A stretch of 64,000 nucleotides of DNA from the human T2T-CHM13v2.0 reference genome, Homo sapiens. Numbering within the stretch: position 1 is the first letter of the stretch; the number at the start of each line of letters is the position of its first letter. The stretch lies in assembly GCF_009914755.1 (NCBI RefSeq), contig NC_060929.1; one strand, written 5' to 3'. The notes under the pieces are model-generated. The model had not been told where the DNA came from, did no database searches, and was given only the letters and a program-made list of their open reading frames with translations. The translations under genes and the position numbers were made by a program. Shown here piece by piece: positions 27,678 to 42,802 of the stretch.

Positions 27678-28075
27678 GTCACAGAGACTATAAACTGGCC
27701 GCCAAATTCTCTCTCCTGTTCTTCCTGAGTTACCTTATTCAACTCTATACTTCCCAGTCTCCATAGCAGTTAGGAATGCCCATATGAGCGATCAAACCAA
27801 TGGAAAATGAAGGAAAGTGATGAGATCTTTCTCAGGGCAGGCTTTTAAAAAGAGTTTGCATCTCCTCTGTGGTTCTTCCCTATTTGCTGGCTGCAAGCAG
27901 GTGATGATTAAATCCTAGGATATAAAAGTCTAGACGCCTGAACTGCTGCACTTAGAAGAGTCTCCACTGACCAGTAACCTCTACCTGGATCTATTACATA
28001 AGCAAGACATAAACTTCTTTGTTATTTGATTCTACTTACATTTTGTATACCTGTCAGTATAGACAGTATGTTTAG
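27678..28075 (+). mobile_element. MaLR solo LTR (MLT1I/J-like)
   Basis: ttcccagtctcc.tagcagttagg...ccaatggaaaatga..gaaagtgatg...ctacctgga..tatta..taagcaaga.ataaacttct. Confidence 0.75.
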
Positions 28076-28353
28076 CTCTCCTGATATTTAGAAAGCACAG
28101 TAGTTTTGCTGGATGTCTTACCATTACAATTGATTTATAATTTATGCACACCCATGATGCTGAATTTTTAGGTAGTATTTTTCTTCCTATAATATTTTTC
28201 AATAATAGCTATTTTGTATTTTCCTTTGAATACAACATATGCTTTTTTCTTCTCTTATCACAATTATTAATGGACAAAGCCCATTTTTCCAATAATATCT
28301 CTATAATTGAGATGTGTTTTACAATCCAGGATATGTTACAACTAGAATTGGAG

Positions 28354-28406
28354 GTGTGTGTTGTGTGTGTGTGTGTGTGTGTTGTTGTTGTTGTTGTTGT
28401 TGTTTG
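28354..28406. repeat. (TG)n-(TTG)n compound microsatellite
   Basis: Directly visible. Confidence 0.95.
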
Positions 28407-30238
28407 TACTCGGTGAGTGGCAGATCTTTCCTCCTCTGTTATAACCACTGACACTGACATTCTATACCATCACTCTAATCCCCATAATTATTTTAATTTT
28501 TGCTCTAGAAGCAGATATATTCAGTGCTCGCTTCTGTCTCTTGGCTGAAGTTTCCGCCAGTTGACATTCATGACCTACCAGACAGCTCTGTGGCTGTTCC
28601 CTCTGCCTGCACAGAGGCAAACTGCTTCCTGCTAGCATTGTATCCCTCTATGCAGGCCCACCTCCTTTCCTTCTCAGAGACAAACTGAGTCTGGCAAGGC
28701 TTCTGTCTCTAGCCTGATGACCCCTAGTTTCATCAACACTGTGAAAGGCAAGGACAAAGCTTTTGCCATTTCAGGAAGTGTGTATTTGCTTCTATTTTCT
28801 GAAATCTGTTTTCCCCGGCTCCTCTTTCTCCTCTGTGTGCTTCTTCCCTTTAATTCCTTCTTCATGGCTTTCACGAGATCTCAGATGCTCCTGGCAGTTC
28901 TTACATATATTTTAAAGGATGTACATTATACCTGTCTCCTGGTTCAATTGAAAAGGAAATTTGTAGGGTTTTTGTTTCTTGGTTTTCCATGCTCTTTGTT
29001 GGTCTTGTTATGATTTGCAGGAGGAGAAGGATGAAATTGCTGACTTCTGCAGCCATGTTCACACTGGAAGTCAACTTTATTTATTTCAGGGCAGTTCTCC
29101 ATCTACAGATGTTATGATCCAAATGTAAAAGAAAGCAGAGTTTTATGATTTAGAAGTAAACTGAATTCACTTGAATATAACAAATGTAGTTTAGAACAGC
29201 AATTTATATCTCAACAATCTTAAATCTTCATGTGGTAAAAGACAACTTTATGAGATATGGGCATGTGTAACTTGATGCAACATTTGGAAGTAAGAATAGT
29301 TAGTTATTTTCCTTGGAATTAGTGCTTAAGTAAGCAAATCTAAGTATCACTTTTAAAAAGTATTTTTAAAAGAAGCACATGTATTTTCTCAAATGCTCAA
29401 TAGACCTATAAATTGAAATGTCATCTTGGTTGTGGAAAAAGAGGATCATATTTGTTTTTACTGATTTCTTTCTTTAATACATCAGTTAACACCTGAAACA
29501 ATACATTTGCAGCCAATGTGAAAGAGATTATCTACACATTTGCTTTTGAAAATTGCTAATCCTCAACTCAAGATATTCTTAGAAAGAATCTACCCACTTG
29601 TCTATTAAATATGGATCAATACCATTCAAGGTTAACAGCACATCAGTCAATGCAGAAGTAAAATATTTAAAAACTCCTCACAACATTAATCTTTCCTTAA
29701 TTTAATTTTTTTCCTTCGGAAATGATCCATAAAGAGTAACACTAAAATAAAACAAATTTGAGAGAAACTACTTACAATACTTAGTTTTATACCATTCTAT
29801 ATACAAAGGATTATGTTGCCTAGCAGTATATGGAAATATTGGCTCATTCAAATCCAAGGTCTAAACTATTAAAATGTTCCTTGTTGTTATTCCTTCATAA
29901 TTTACTGCCATTACTTAAATATGTGATATTTATGATAGTAATATAGTAAAGATTCTAAGAAAAATTTTCAACTCTCTCCTTAACAGATTAAAATAAATAT
30001 AATGCTGCGGGGGCGTTTCTTCTCAGAAACCAGTTTTTGTTGCTTTTGACAGAATAGTGCAGCTACTTGACCATAGAATAGTTATTATTTCAAGAGAACA
30101 GGCGTCTTCAGGGGGAGTACCTAAAGATTAGTGAGGAAAGAAGATCCACCTAAGCAGCCAGGAGGATTTGTAAAATTAGTTCATGGATGATAAATGTCAC
30201 ATTCAAACTGACTGAATATTCTGTTACTGCTTCCAGCC

Positions 30239-30416
30239 CAGGGATGACAAATGCATGGCTTGAATGATGCCAATCCCCCTTTTCATGGCCATGCCAGACA
30301 TTGCTAATTGACAACAGCAATCCTCTTCTGTGTTTGAATGCAGCCTTAGAACCTTTTCAACATAGCACAGCAAGTGATCAGAGTGGGTCTCACTGGGAGC
30401 CCATTTCCCAATCTCA
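30239..30416 (-). mobile_element. Charlie4z-like hAT MITE
   Basis: cagggatgacaaat...cagacattgctaatt...gcagccttagaacctt..caacatagcac...ccatttccca. Confidence 0.65.
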
Positions 30417-31317
30417 TAAAAGTGGCAAAGCCACGATTTGAATCCAGAAAGTCTGTCTCCTCAACCTTAACCACTATAATCCTTAATCATTGTGCATAGC
30501 CAGTTTTGCTCCCTACTTCCCAAACTAAACATCTTTTATTTTATTGTTTCTATAAGTGTTCTGGCTTTCTTTGGAGAAATAATTAATGAAGTGAAAAATG
30601 TGTAGTCTTCATAAATGAAAAAAGTCCCCCAGTGACTACGCTTGAGACTGTTTCTATTACTATTACTGTTACTGTCATTTATACATTGGAATATAGCCAA
30701 GGCCAATAGAAAGGCTTTGACTAGAATGTATCACCAGAGACCAAGGTCACTTCCACCTCCAGAACCTAGGCAGGTGTTGGAGAGGGCAAAAAAGTTTAAG
30801 GTGAACCTCAGAACTGTTTATGTGACTTTATGGTAAAAGAAGGAAAGAGTTGTTATAAAAATCTCTTCCATAATTAGATCAAAAATTGATAAGAATTATG
30901 CTTGCAAAAAAAAGAACCCTTTTTCAGAGTTTAGTGGCTTATAGGTTGCTTGTTTTTGCCTTCTCTACAGTTATAGCTAGTGAAAGTCAAAGACAGCTAC
31001 CTTCCCCTCTCAGAGTCATTGAAAATAAGACACCATAATAATCACATGAGCCTTTTATTTCTAGCCTTATTTCACTGCAATCCTAACAAAAGTATGGTCC
31101 CCCCAACATTCAAAGAGTTGGATTCTCCCTGTGTTATGTTCTCAGTGAAAATCAAAGAAAGTAAAAAGTAAAAGCCCTGTGAATCATTTAAGGCTCCTTC
31201 CATGAATCTGTTAAAGGACTTTTATAGAATTTTATCCCACAATCCTCTACTCTCAATACCTTGAATTGTGGAGGGACTCTTTCATAAGCCTATTTTTTTA
31301 TTTTCTGAAATAAAGGG

Positions 31318-31699
31318 TGATATGGTTTGGCTCTGTGTCCCCATCCAAATCTCACCTTGAATTGTAATTCCAATAATCCCCACATGTCAAGCAGAGAGAC
31401 TAGATGGAGATGACTGAATCATGGGGGTGGTTTTCCCCATGCTGCTCTTGTGAGAGTCAGTGACTCTCAAGAGATCTGATGGTTTTATAAAGGGCATTTC
31501 CCCTGCCCTCACTCACATGCGCTCCCACCTGCCACCATGTAAGACATGCCTTTGTTTCTCCTTCAACTTCCACCATCATTGTAAGCTTCCTGAGGACTCC
31601 CCAGCAATGGAGAACTGTGAACCCATTAAACTTCTTTGTGTTTATAAATTACCTCATCTTGGGTATTTCTTAATAGCAGTATGAGAATGGACTAATACA
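31318..31699 (+). mobile_element. THE1D/MSTA-type MaLR solo LTR
   Basis: tgatatggtttggctctgtgtcccc...gagatctgatggttttata...ggactaataca; 5-bp TSD aaggg/aaggt. Confidence 0.95.
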
Positions 31700-33338
31700 A
31701 AGGTCTTGGTCTTTGTTTACTTATGGATTTTTTTAAACTAGAATTATAGATTGTTTGTATTACAGTATTGAAAAAATATACGTTTCTCTGTTACTATACA
31801 AATAATATGACACAGCTGAGTTCACCTGGAATAAGTTCTACTACATTTAGTATTCTTATTGTGAATGTGAGCCCTGTAATACCTACACATTACCATTTCT
31901 ATTTTATGCAGCATTTGTACCCTGCCCAGCCTCTCTAACACAAAACATCTCATGATCTCCTGTATGTGAACCTGTACATTGTTCACTTGTTTTTAGTTTT
32001 TTCAAAAAGCCAAAAATGTTGAGCATCACAGTGCCCTCAGATGTTGAGACACCAGTTATAGTCTGACGTTTTGACATGAACAATCTGTGGAAAACCTTTT
32101 CTTCATTGTGCAGGGAATAAATCAGCCTTGTCACAAAATTATTGTTCTAGTTGTGCTAGCCCCTTTATATCAGACATATATTCACTTCTCACAGTAGTTA
32201 CCTCCTCTTACTAATTCTTCTCTGGCTTTCATGGCTGTCTTTGATATTGCTACTGCTTTTGCTCCGACACCATATAATCAATAGCTGGATGTACCAAAAA
32301 TTAAATCGTTTAACAGATTTCTGGTTGAGTTCATTTAGGTCACTAGGTTTCTACTCCTGCTGGCAGCCAGCATAATTTTATATCCCTGTATTGTCATAAC
32401 AATACACATTTCTACTTGACTGCTGTCCTATGGCATGTCATACCAGGAGGCAGTTTAGCTGTGTTTTCTAAGACTATGCAAAGATGCTTGATATTAGCTA
32501 TGCTTAAAGACACCTAAAGAAATACTGGTGCAGAACACATTGTTTTCTTCCTCCAGAGAGAGCTATTATAAGAAACCACCCCTAAACTGCAGGCGTATAC
32601 ATTATCTGCTTCAATATAAGCCTTACAGCATGAATGCATGCATAAAGCAGAGGTACTATGAAGACTTACAGCTTCAACCGAATACTGTATAACCCTTAAT
32701 GTTGTGCAGCAGATGCCTGCTGATATATTGGGTATAAAGGACCAGCCAGACTAGAAATACATCAGTTCATATTACCAGTCACATCCATAAGCAAATTCAA
32801 ACTGAAGGATCATAACTACTTCTTATTTGGTCATTAAATTTTATCTTTTCAAAGGAAATGTCATGCTCATGAGACGGCAGATTCACTCCCTTGTTTTTCA
32901 GACTGTTCTTTGTAAGTAATTTGACCTAAAGAGAAAGGAGTCAATTAAATGGTAACTTTTAACCTCTAGAGTTGATCTCTGGCCTATCTGTAAGATATCT
33001 CACAAGGGTTCCACTGTCGTCTTGTGAAAACCTTCTTTCATAAAGCCTAGAAGGCATTAAATAGGCACGCATGTGTGCCCTGGATGAACCCTAGCTGACT
33101 AAGAGGCAATCCACAGCCTCAAATCCTGGCTCACGGCTCCTCACTGAATGTGCCCATGAGCACCTGACTTGATCTGCGACCTCTGCCTCTGACCACAGGG
33201 TGACCAACAGTGACCTTCTCCCTCTTGCTGTTCAAGTGTTAAGACCCTTCCATCCTCCTGGATATAGTTGGGAAGGACAAAAAGGACTCAGAATAGCCAA
33301 TATCCGTCAGAAAGGAAATGCTTGTTAATTCAATGTAT

Positions 33339-33543
33339 CAGTGGTTCTCAGCCAGTGGCATTTTGCCCCTACCCTCCTCCGTAAATATCTGGAGACACTT
33401 TTGGTTGTCATATTAGGGTAGTGGTACCACTGGCATCTAGTGAGATATTAATGATACTATTAAACATGCAACCATGCACAAGATAGCACAAAACACAGAA
33501 TTATCCATCCCAAACAGTCAATAGTGTCAAGGTTTAGAAACTG
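33339..33543 (+). mobile_element. MER20 hAT-Charlie MITE
   Basis: cagtggttctca...ctggagacacttttggttgtca...actggcatctagtg...agaattatcc..cccaaa..gtcaatagtgtcaaggtt.agaaactg. Confidence 0.88.
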
Positions 33544-33919
33544 CAATAATGCTTACCCAGTGAATAAAATACTTTGTCCCAGGCACTGTAAGGTTCAGAA
33601 TTGACCTCATGTAAAACTGTGAGGTAGTCCCATGCTTGTTTTTCAGCAGCTTCGAGATCATTGTGGTAACCTCATCTCACAGATACCCAACAGACTTTGT
33701 TCTGAACCTCTTCCTCCACAATAACCCGAAGAACAGCATATTTTATCCTATGGCCCATGTTCTAAGGACTTATTTTCCCAGTTCTGAAATTCTAATCTTG
33801 TGAATGCTCCTATATTATTACATTAAATCTTATTTATAAAATCATGAGATTTTGATGGAGAAAAGCTAAAGACAAAGTGGCGTAGCTAATATTCACATGT
33901 TTAACACCCAGCTTAATTC

Positions 33920-33970
33920 TCTCTCTTTCCCCCTCTCTCTCTTACATGCACACACACACAAACACACACA
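33920..33970. repeat. (CT)n/(CA)n low-complexity tract
   Basis: Directly visible. Confidence 0.7.
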
Positions 33971-34279
33971 TCTTCCTACACAAAAAAATCCATAATTATC
34001 ATATGCCCTTGAGAGTACAAAATTCTGGTTTTCAGGTAGGAAGAGGACATTTCTGTTTGATAATGATTTGGATAAAATATGTTTCCAAAGTCGTCATTTC
34101 TGAAGTCTACTTAGGCCTCCTAGCCTACTAAACAATCTTGATAAATTATCAGTGACCAAGAGAGTCATTATATATTTGCTCTCAAGCAAAAGTAAATTTA
34201 ATCAGCTGATTTCAAACAGAGCCAGCTTAGACTAGGAAAAATAAAGATCACTCTTTTAATACATGTCCTGCAGGGCCTG

Positions 34280-35235
34280 CGTTGGCAATCTCTCCCATAC
34301 ATGGCCTCAAATGCCATCTAAATTTCACTAACTTCCAAATGTATACCTTCTAGCCAGACCATGTCCCTGATCTCTAGAGCAATCTACATATTGTCAACTC
34401 AACTTCATCATGTAGATGTTTTAAAACCAGTCCCAACTCAATAAATCCCCAACTATAATAATTCCATGATTTCTGTCTTCACTCTATTTCTGTCCATCCA
34501 CAAGAAAGAAAAAGATCTTATCCACTTAATTGTGTTACAGCTTTTTTCTATCTCAACAAATTTTATTCATTTATTCAGTTATATAAACTAAAAATTCAGA
34601 AATAATTCTTGAGAACTCCCTTCTCTTCTTCCCATATACCAAATCTATTAGCAAATCTTATAAATTTTCTCCTTGTCAATAACCTTCACGTTCTATTTTC
34701 TCTCCTGATACCACCAAAGCCATTCACTATCATCTCTTGAAAGTACTGCCTCTCCAGTTCTCTGGCCTCCCAGAGCTCTTAGGAAAAGGCACAGTCCTGC
34801 CTTCTCCAGCATTGTCATATGCTATCTATCCTTTGCATTTTATGCTTCACCAGCTCAGGCTAGCTTTTTTCCTCAAACTAACCACGTGCTTGCCTACCTT
34901 GTGAAATTGTACTTGATGCTGACTCTACTTGAAATGTTCTCTACCTGTCCCTTTGACTAATAACTCATATTCATGATTCAGACTTCAACTAAACTGTCCT
35001 TTCCTTAAGCAAACCTTCTTTGATTCTTGTCCACCATCCATCCTTATATCCACACATTTCTTTAGATTAGTTTATTCATGCATGTCGTTAAAATGACTTC
35101 TGTTATTTAGTATAATTTCATTTAAAAAGATAAATTACTGTTTGATTAAAGTGTGATTTCTCTCACTAGACAACAAGCTAAGCATTCTTTCCTGTGTTTT
35201 AGTTGCATAGAACACAGTCAATATCTATATGTTAA
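34280..35235 (+). mobile_element. L2 (diverged 3' ~1 kb)
   Basis: catggcctcaaatgccatcta; ttccaaatgtatacc.tctagcc.gac; aaatctattagcaaatctt; tggaatgttctct-like segment; ctcactagac..caagct. Confidence 0.7.
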
Positions 35236-35771
35236 AAAAGCACATGTAATTCAGATATGACATACTTATACCACAAAGTTAAGTATTTTCTTAACAAATG
35301 CAAATTTAAGCTCAAGAAATCATTTATTCCTTCCTTTATTATTCTTTCTGAAAGATGTTATTATAATTTTCACGTTATACAGTAAAATGATATCATTTAT
35401 TCATAAGCTATTATAACTCAGGGATTCATAAATCAGAATGCACACACTATAAGGTGTTCACAAACAACTTTAAAATTATATTCAAAATTTTTGTGTAATA
35501 TGCATTTTGCTGTGAGTAGAGTTCAAATCTTTCATCAGATTGTCACTTCGATACTAGAGAGATTTAAAAGTATGCTATCAGTGTTTAACATTTTAACATT
35601 TACTGTTAAAATATCACTATTACTGGAACTACTAAATATGGCTGAAAATTCTATGACTGATATTGTCTCTTTAAAATAGCATTATTATTCCTAGCATTAT
35701 TTGGACTATATAAACACTTCGTTAATGAAAAAGGGACACCACAGATCAGTGGAATAAGAATGTTTTTTTCA

Positions 35772-36853
<1,082 letters not shown>

Positions 36854-37013
36854 AAGAATGTTTTTTTCAAAAAAAAAATGGTGTCAAATAAACTGGATAT
36901 AGATAGATACATGATAGAGATTTAAATATAGATATAGATATAATAAGTCATAAAAAGTAAACCTCACACTATATTCAAAAATCAATTCCAGGTGGGTTAA
37001 AAATGTAAATCTA

Positions 37014-37308
37014 GGCCAGGCATGGTGGCTCACGCCTGTAGTCCCAGAACTTTGGGAGGCCAAGGCGGGTCGCTTGAGGTCAGTAGTTCGAGACCAGCCT
37101 GGCCAACACAGTGAAACCTTGTCTCTACTAAAAATACAAAAAAAAATTAGCCAGGCATGGTAGCAGGTGCCTGTAATTCCAGCTACTTGGGAGGCTGCAG
37201 CAGGAGAGTCTCAGGAACCCAGGAGAAGGAGGTTGCAGTGAGCCGAGATTGTGCCACTGCACTCCAGCCTGGGCAACAGAGGGAGACTCCCTCTCAAAAA
37301 AAAAAAAA
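37014..37308 (+). mobile_element. AluS (Sz/Sx-like)
   Basis: Full dimer with A13 tail; degenerate TSD aaaatgtaaatcta / aaattgtatatata. Confidence 0.95.
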
Positions 37309-39174
37309 TTGTATATATATACACTTTAAGAAAATTTTAAGTAATAACATAAAAGAATATCTTTATAACTCTGAAGTAGCCAAAATATTTTAAATGGGAC
37401 ATAGAAAGTATTAATTAAAATAGATAGATAAACCAGAATATATTGAAAGTAAGAACTTTTCATCCAAACAAAGCATTAAGAGACAGAAGACAAACTGTAG
37501 CATAGGAAATAAGTTTATAATATATTTTGTACCCAAAACATTTGTATACAGCATATATAAAGAACTTCTAAAAAATCAACAAGAAAAAAAGAAAACAGAA
37601 ATTCCATTTGATAAATGAACAGAAGACTTAAGAAATCACTTTAGAAAAGTGGACATTTAAATGGCCAATGAATATGTGAAAAGACACCCAGCCTCATTAG
37701 TTGTCAGATTCCAATCCACTCCCACCTGAATAGGTAAAATTAAAAATGCTGACAATACTGAGTATTGGTGAAGAACTCTCAAACATCAATTTACACTCTA
37801 ACATTTCTAAGAAAAGTGCAAATTGATATAACAACATTAAAAATCTCTCACTAATGTTTTCTAAGGCTGTATATATAAATATTCTATGACTCGACATTAC
37901 CATTCCTTGTATATATCCAGAAATAAGTAACTATATTCCTTAAAAGACATGAATGTAGGTATTTGTACAGCATTATTCACAGTGGCCAAAAACTAAAAGA
38001 AATATTTCATCAATAGTAAAATAAACACATCATGGTATAGCTATAATATTTCTAAAATAAGCTAAATCTATAAAATATATAAAATGGAAACATATACATA
38101 ATTTAAAAGGAACAGCTATTGCTAAAAACAATGTAGGTTAATCTCATGAAGAAAATGTTGGGCAAAAGAAACCAGATCCAAAAAGTACATAGTGAATAAT
38201 TCCATTTATATAAAATTCAAAAGTCTAGAAAATTTGTCTGCAATATGGGAATTCAGCATGATGCTTCTCTGTGGGAAGGAGGAGTAACTGACTTGGAGGT
38301 GGGTAAGAGAGGTGAGATCTCAGTGCCTGTGATACTCTACTAATTAATCTGGATGATATTCACGTTGTGAAAATTTACCAAAATGTACATTTAACATTTG
38401 TAAACTTTCCTCGATGTATGTTATACTTACATGAATAAATTTATTTTTTTAAATAGAACATATTTAACTCAACTTAAAATGTCTGTATTAATAGAATAAA
38501 TATATGGCATGGTCTTATATGGAGTTGGCTATCCTTTTTATTTGAGTCATACAAAATGACAGTCAAATTACCAGTCACTACAAAGTGGCTTGAATTAGAA
38601 AATCCCTTTTCTTCTCCTAAGGACTTAGATGTAAAACTAGAGTACCTATAGAAAACAAACAAATAAAAAAGAAACAACAACAACAACAAAACAGAAATCT
38701 TAAGGAAATGGATTTTCTTCACTTGATTTCTTTCAGTTGTTCCTTGTGTAACTCTCCTCATGGGATACTTGAGGAAGTATTAAAAACATATTGTTTAATT
38801 ATATTTTTTCAGTTTAAGAGAGAACAATTGTCTCTAGTAGTAGCTGAGAACTAATTATCTAAGGAAAGATATACTCATATACATGAGAATTATAAAGCTA
38901 GATAAAAGTTATATAAGTTTATGTAGAAGTATATAGACAAACTTCCTCTTTCTACTGATACGGGCACTGAGGTGTATCTATTTATTGTAACCAGACAGAA
39001 ATCAAGAGGGCTTTCAAATCATAGGTTTTCTCAATTTAGGATGCATGAAGAACTTTCCTCTTCTTTCTCATGTCTACTCCAGTGTTGCATTTGTCACCAA
39101 GAAAAGATGGCAAATATATATGACTGACTACCAGTATGGCTGGGAAATTGCTGTATATTCTCAGCTGCTAGAAT

Positions 39175-39500
39175 TTCATTTACTGATTTTCTTATAAAAT
39201 ACTTAAGCCCTTACTATGTGTCAGGCACTGAATTACATGCATGATCCTTGCCATCAAGGAGCTTGGATTCTAGCAGCCAAAAGAAAGGAAAACGGAGAAA
39301 GAAAACAACCAAGTAAATAAAACAAATACACATTTTGATAAATCCTATAATGTACAGGAGGGGGAAATGAAATACAGAAAATTATAACACAGGCTAGTTT
39401 CAGCCAAGGTTCCCATGAAAGGCCTCTTTGAGGCAAGAGATGCTTAAGATGAGATCTGAAGGTTAGGAAGATGTCTATTCAAAGAGAGGATATGAAGGAC
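39175..39500 (-). mobile_element. L2 3' end
   Basis: aatacttaagcccttactatgtgtcaggcactg; atccttgccatcaaggagctt..attctag; tgagatctgaagg. Confidence 0.75.
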
Positions 39501-39529
39501 AGTGAGTGCTAGACAACACTACAGTAACT

Positions 39530-39770
39530 AACACCAATAGCTAATTCTTGCTGAACACTTAGGATCTGCTGGTCAGTCTTCTAAACATTTTACATTCCAT
39601 TCTCAGAGCAACGCTGTAATGTTGAAACTTATTTTTCATGTGTATGAGAAAATGAATTTAGGCACAGAGAGCTTAGGTAATTTGCCCAAAGCCTCCCAGC
39701 TGGCAAGTGATATGGTCAGAATACAAAGCCTGTCTGCAGAATGCAGGCATTTGAGCACTGCACTATTCTC
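39530..39770 (-). mobile_element. MIR SINE inserted in L2
   Basis: aatagctaa...ggcacagagagcttaggtaatttgcccaaagcctcccagctggcaagtg. Confidence 0.8.
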
Positions 39771-40487
39771 CTTCTATGGCAAGGAGACCACGATATAGGA
39801 AAGAAGTTGGTGTGTTTTCAAAAATTCTGAAGATCTGTATACATGGAACAGCATCAAAACCTTAAATTAGAGAAACAAATTGAAACCAGATTTTGCCTGG
39901 CTTTATAGCCTGTGTAACAAGTTTGGACTTTTTATATGTGCATTGCGAAATCATTAAAGGACTTTAAATGATGTGTTAATGTATTATGGTTTGTACTTTA
40001 TGAATTTCACTCTTCATGCTGCTGTGTGGAGACTGGATTTAAAGGAGAAAAAGAAGGAATGGGGACCTGTCTGGGGCAACTGCCATAGTCCAGAAGATAG
40101 AGGAGGGTAGCCCCAACAAGGAGGCAACAGAGGAAAAGTAGAAAGAAGCAGACAATTGCAAGGTATATTTTGAAAGAGAACTAACATTATTTGCTGATGA
40201 GTTGAAAGAGTGGGAGGAGGCCGGGCGCGGTGGCTCACGCCTGTAATCCCAGCACTTTGGCAGGCCGCGGCGGGCGGATCACGAGGTCAGGAGATCGAGA
40301 CCATCTTGGCTAACACGGTGAAACCCCGTCTCTACTAAAAATACAAAAACTTAGCCGGGCGCGGTGTCGGGTGCCTGTAGTCCCAGCTACTCGGGAGGCT
40401 GAGGCAGGAGAATGGCGTGAACCTGGGAGGCGGAGCTTGCAGTGAGCCGAGATAGTCCGGCCTGGGCGAAAGAGCGAGACTCCGTCT

Positions 40488-40534
<47 letters not shown>

Positions 40535-41155
40535 TGGGAGGAAAGCACAGTCCACAATGACTCCTAAGATTCTGGTTTGAAAAAGCAGGTGGATGGAGTT
40601 TCTACTTACTGCATAGACTAGTAAAAGACACATTGGCTGACAAATCAAGACTTCTCTTTTGCAATTCTTGTTTAGTTTGAGATGTCTGTGAGATATCTAA
40701 AAAGACATGTCAGGTAGCCAATTGCATAGGCAAGTGCAGAGCTCAGGGGAGAGGTCTGTGCTGGAGACACCACACGAGAAGTGAGTTTATATGAAGAATG
40801 GAAACCCATGCAGATCGCCGCAGTCATCTAAGGAAAGAGCAGAGAAAGAGGAAAAGGCCCAGGTGTGTCATAGGAAGATTTTGATGTGCATTGAGTAGGA
40901 GGAAGCAAAAAGAAGACCGAGAAATGTACCACAGGTAGGAGGTTAACCAGAAGAGTGCCAGGAAAGAAGCATGTTTAAGGAGGGAGGAAGTGACCAATTG
41001 TGTCAACGTTACTAGTTTGAGTAAGATGGAGAGAAATATCTGTTGGATTTGGCAACATTTTGTGGAATTGTTATGGTCCAAAGCAGATTAAAAAGGGTTG
41101 GAGAATGAATGAGAGCCAATGAAGTGGAGACAAGAGGTATGGACAACTCTTCCAG
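39771..41155 (-). mobile_element. L2 (continuation), interrupted by an AluY
   Basis: tgctgctgtgtggagactggatt; aatgactcctaagattctggttt; gtttgagatgtctgtgagatatc; gctcaggggagaggtctgtgctggaga; ttggatttggcaaca. Confidence 0.8.
40219..40531 (+). mobile_element. Young AluY with an internal 11-nt deletion and pure A43 tail
   Basis: Y diagnostics (gatcacgaggtcaggagatcgagaccatc; gaatggcgtgaac; ggagcttgcag), CpGs retained, perfect TSD aaagagtgggagga (40205-40218 / 40529-40542). Confidence 0.98.
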
Positions 41156-42384
41156 ATGGAAACCACTGTCGGCATCACTGGTATAGATTGTTCCACAGGC
41201 TCTAGGCTCCAGAAATTACTTTTATTAGGAAAAAAAAAAAAAAACAAAAAAAACCAGAAATATGGTTCACACTAGGAAAATGGAAAGCATTAGCCAAATA
41301 GTAAATAGCAACAATCTGGCTTTCTAAGTAGTAAGAATTGAAGAAGGAGAATTATATAAAATAAATTATCAAAAATCAAGAAAATATTTGTTGTTCCTTT
41401 GATCATTTTGACTGGTATGATATTTGATGCAGTATTAAACGAGACACATATTAATCACTTCTGGTCATGGTATACATACAAAAATCATCCTACCAATGTT
41501 TTTTTCCTAAGTTCTGGCATTGGCTGGACGTTGGGGTTCAAAGGCAAAGAAGTGAACAAAATACAAACCCTGTTCACGAGGAGCTAACAGTTCAGAGAGG
41601 AAAATAAAAAACATCATCCATTGTGGAAAACTTAATTTCATATCAAAATCATAATGTAAAACCAGATGCAGCAAAATGACAGGCTAAAGAACATGTGAAG
41701 GCATGCCTTTAATTTGCTATTTGGGCCCATCCCTTGAGACTCTTAACACTTGTCAATCACCTGAAGTAGGACCATTTCTATGGCTATTTTGAACAATGAG
41801 GTAAATTATGCTAACAGTATGCCCACTTTATTCTAAATAATTATAGTCTTTTGGACAGAGGTATTGCTCTATACATAACTATGGCATTTTAGAACATGCA
41901 TTTTCTTGATAGCTAAAAATATATGCACACAGATCTGTATCTTTGCACACTTTGATTACCTAAACTTCTAAAACAAAGAAAGACTAAAGCACAATACTGG
42001 CTAGGAAATTTTTAATTCTTTTAAGTAAAATAAAGACATTTTATTGCATAGAACAAGTATTTTTTAAGTATTATACAAATATCTATCATTTACATAAACT
42101 ACAACAGCTTATACACTATCTTTATAATTTGTCAAGTACGTTCAACAGGAACCCTAATAAATTACGTTTCTTTTAAGGAAAGTACAACAGTTCTACAGCA
42201 TTAGCAGCCATAGCTAAATTCTCCATCAATGCCAAAGATGTTTTGTTTCCATGACTCATTTAAAATTACCCAACCTCTTCAGACGAATCAAGAAACAGCT
42301 TTGGCTGCTCATGTGGGAGAGCAGCAGGGTGAAAGGTGGTACATCTCCATGAAGTGAAATTTAACAGCGCAGCTTCTGAACGTG

Positions 42385-42802
42385 TGAGACAAAAATTGGA
42401 AACAATCCAAATGTCTATCAACATGAAAACAGAAAAACAATTTGTGCGAGATCCACACGCTGGAATACTAATCAGCGATAAAAATGAACAAACTACTGAT
42501 ACAGACTCTATTTCTACAGACACACTGGTGAATCTCAAGAACGTGTTTTAAGTACATATTGTACAATCCCATTTGATTGAAATTCTTAATCAGGTAAAAC
42601 TCATCTTTGGTGGTAGAAATAAGAAAGTAGTTGTACCTACTGGTAGAAAGGGGATTACTTAGGATCCTGAGGAAACTTTCTGGGATAGTGAAGCATCCTC
42701 TTTTCTAGAAGTGTACACAACTGTCAAAACCCATCAAACTGGAACGTTTAAGTTCTACACATCCTATGCTATGCAAATGTGTAATTTCTTTTAAATAAAA
42801 AG
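42385..42802 (+). mobile_element. Ancient L1M 3' end
   Basis: aattggaaacaatccaaatgtctatcaa; gaggaaactttctggga; tgtcaaaacccatcaaactg; ends in aataaaaa. Confidence 0.8.

Noticed and set aside
28524-28534. gtgctcgcttc, identical to the first 11 nt of U6 snRNA
   Set aside because: The match stops at 11 nt (no GGCAGCACATATAC); consistent with chance.
41150-41265. A-rich tract preceded by ~70 nt of unique sequence, as a possible processed-pseudogene or orphan-transduction tail
   Set aside because: No AATAAA at the proper distance and no convincing TSD.
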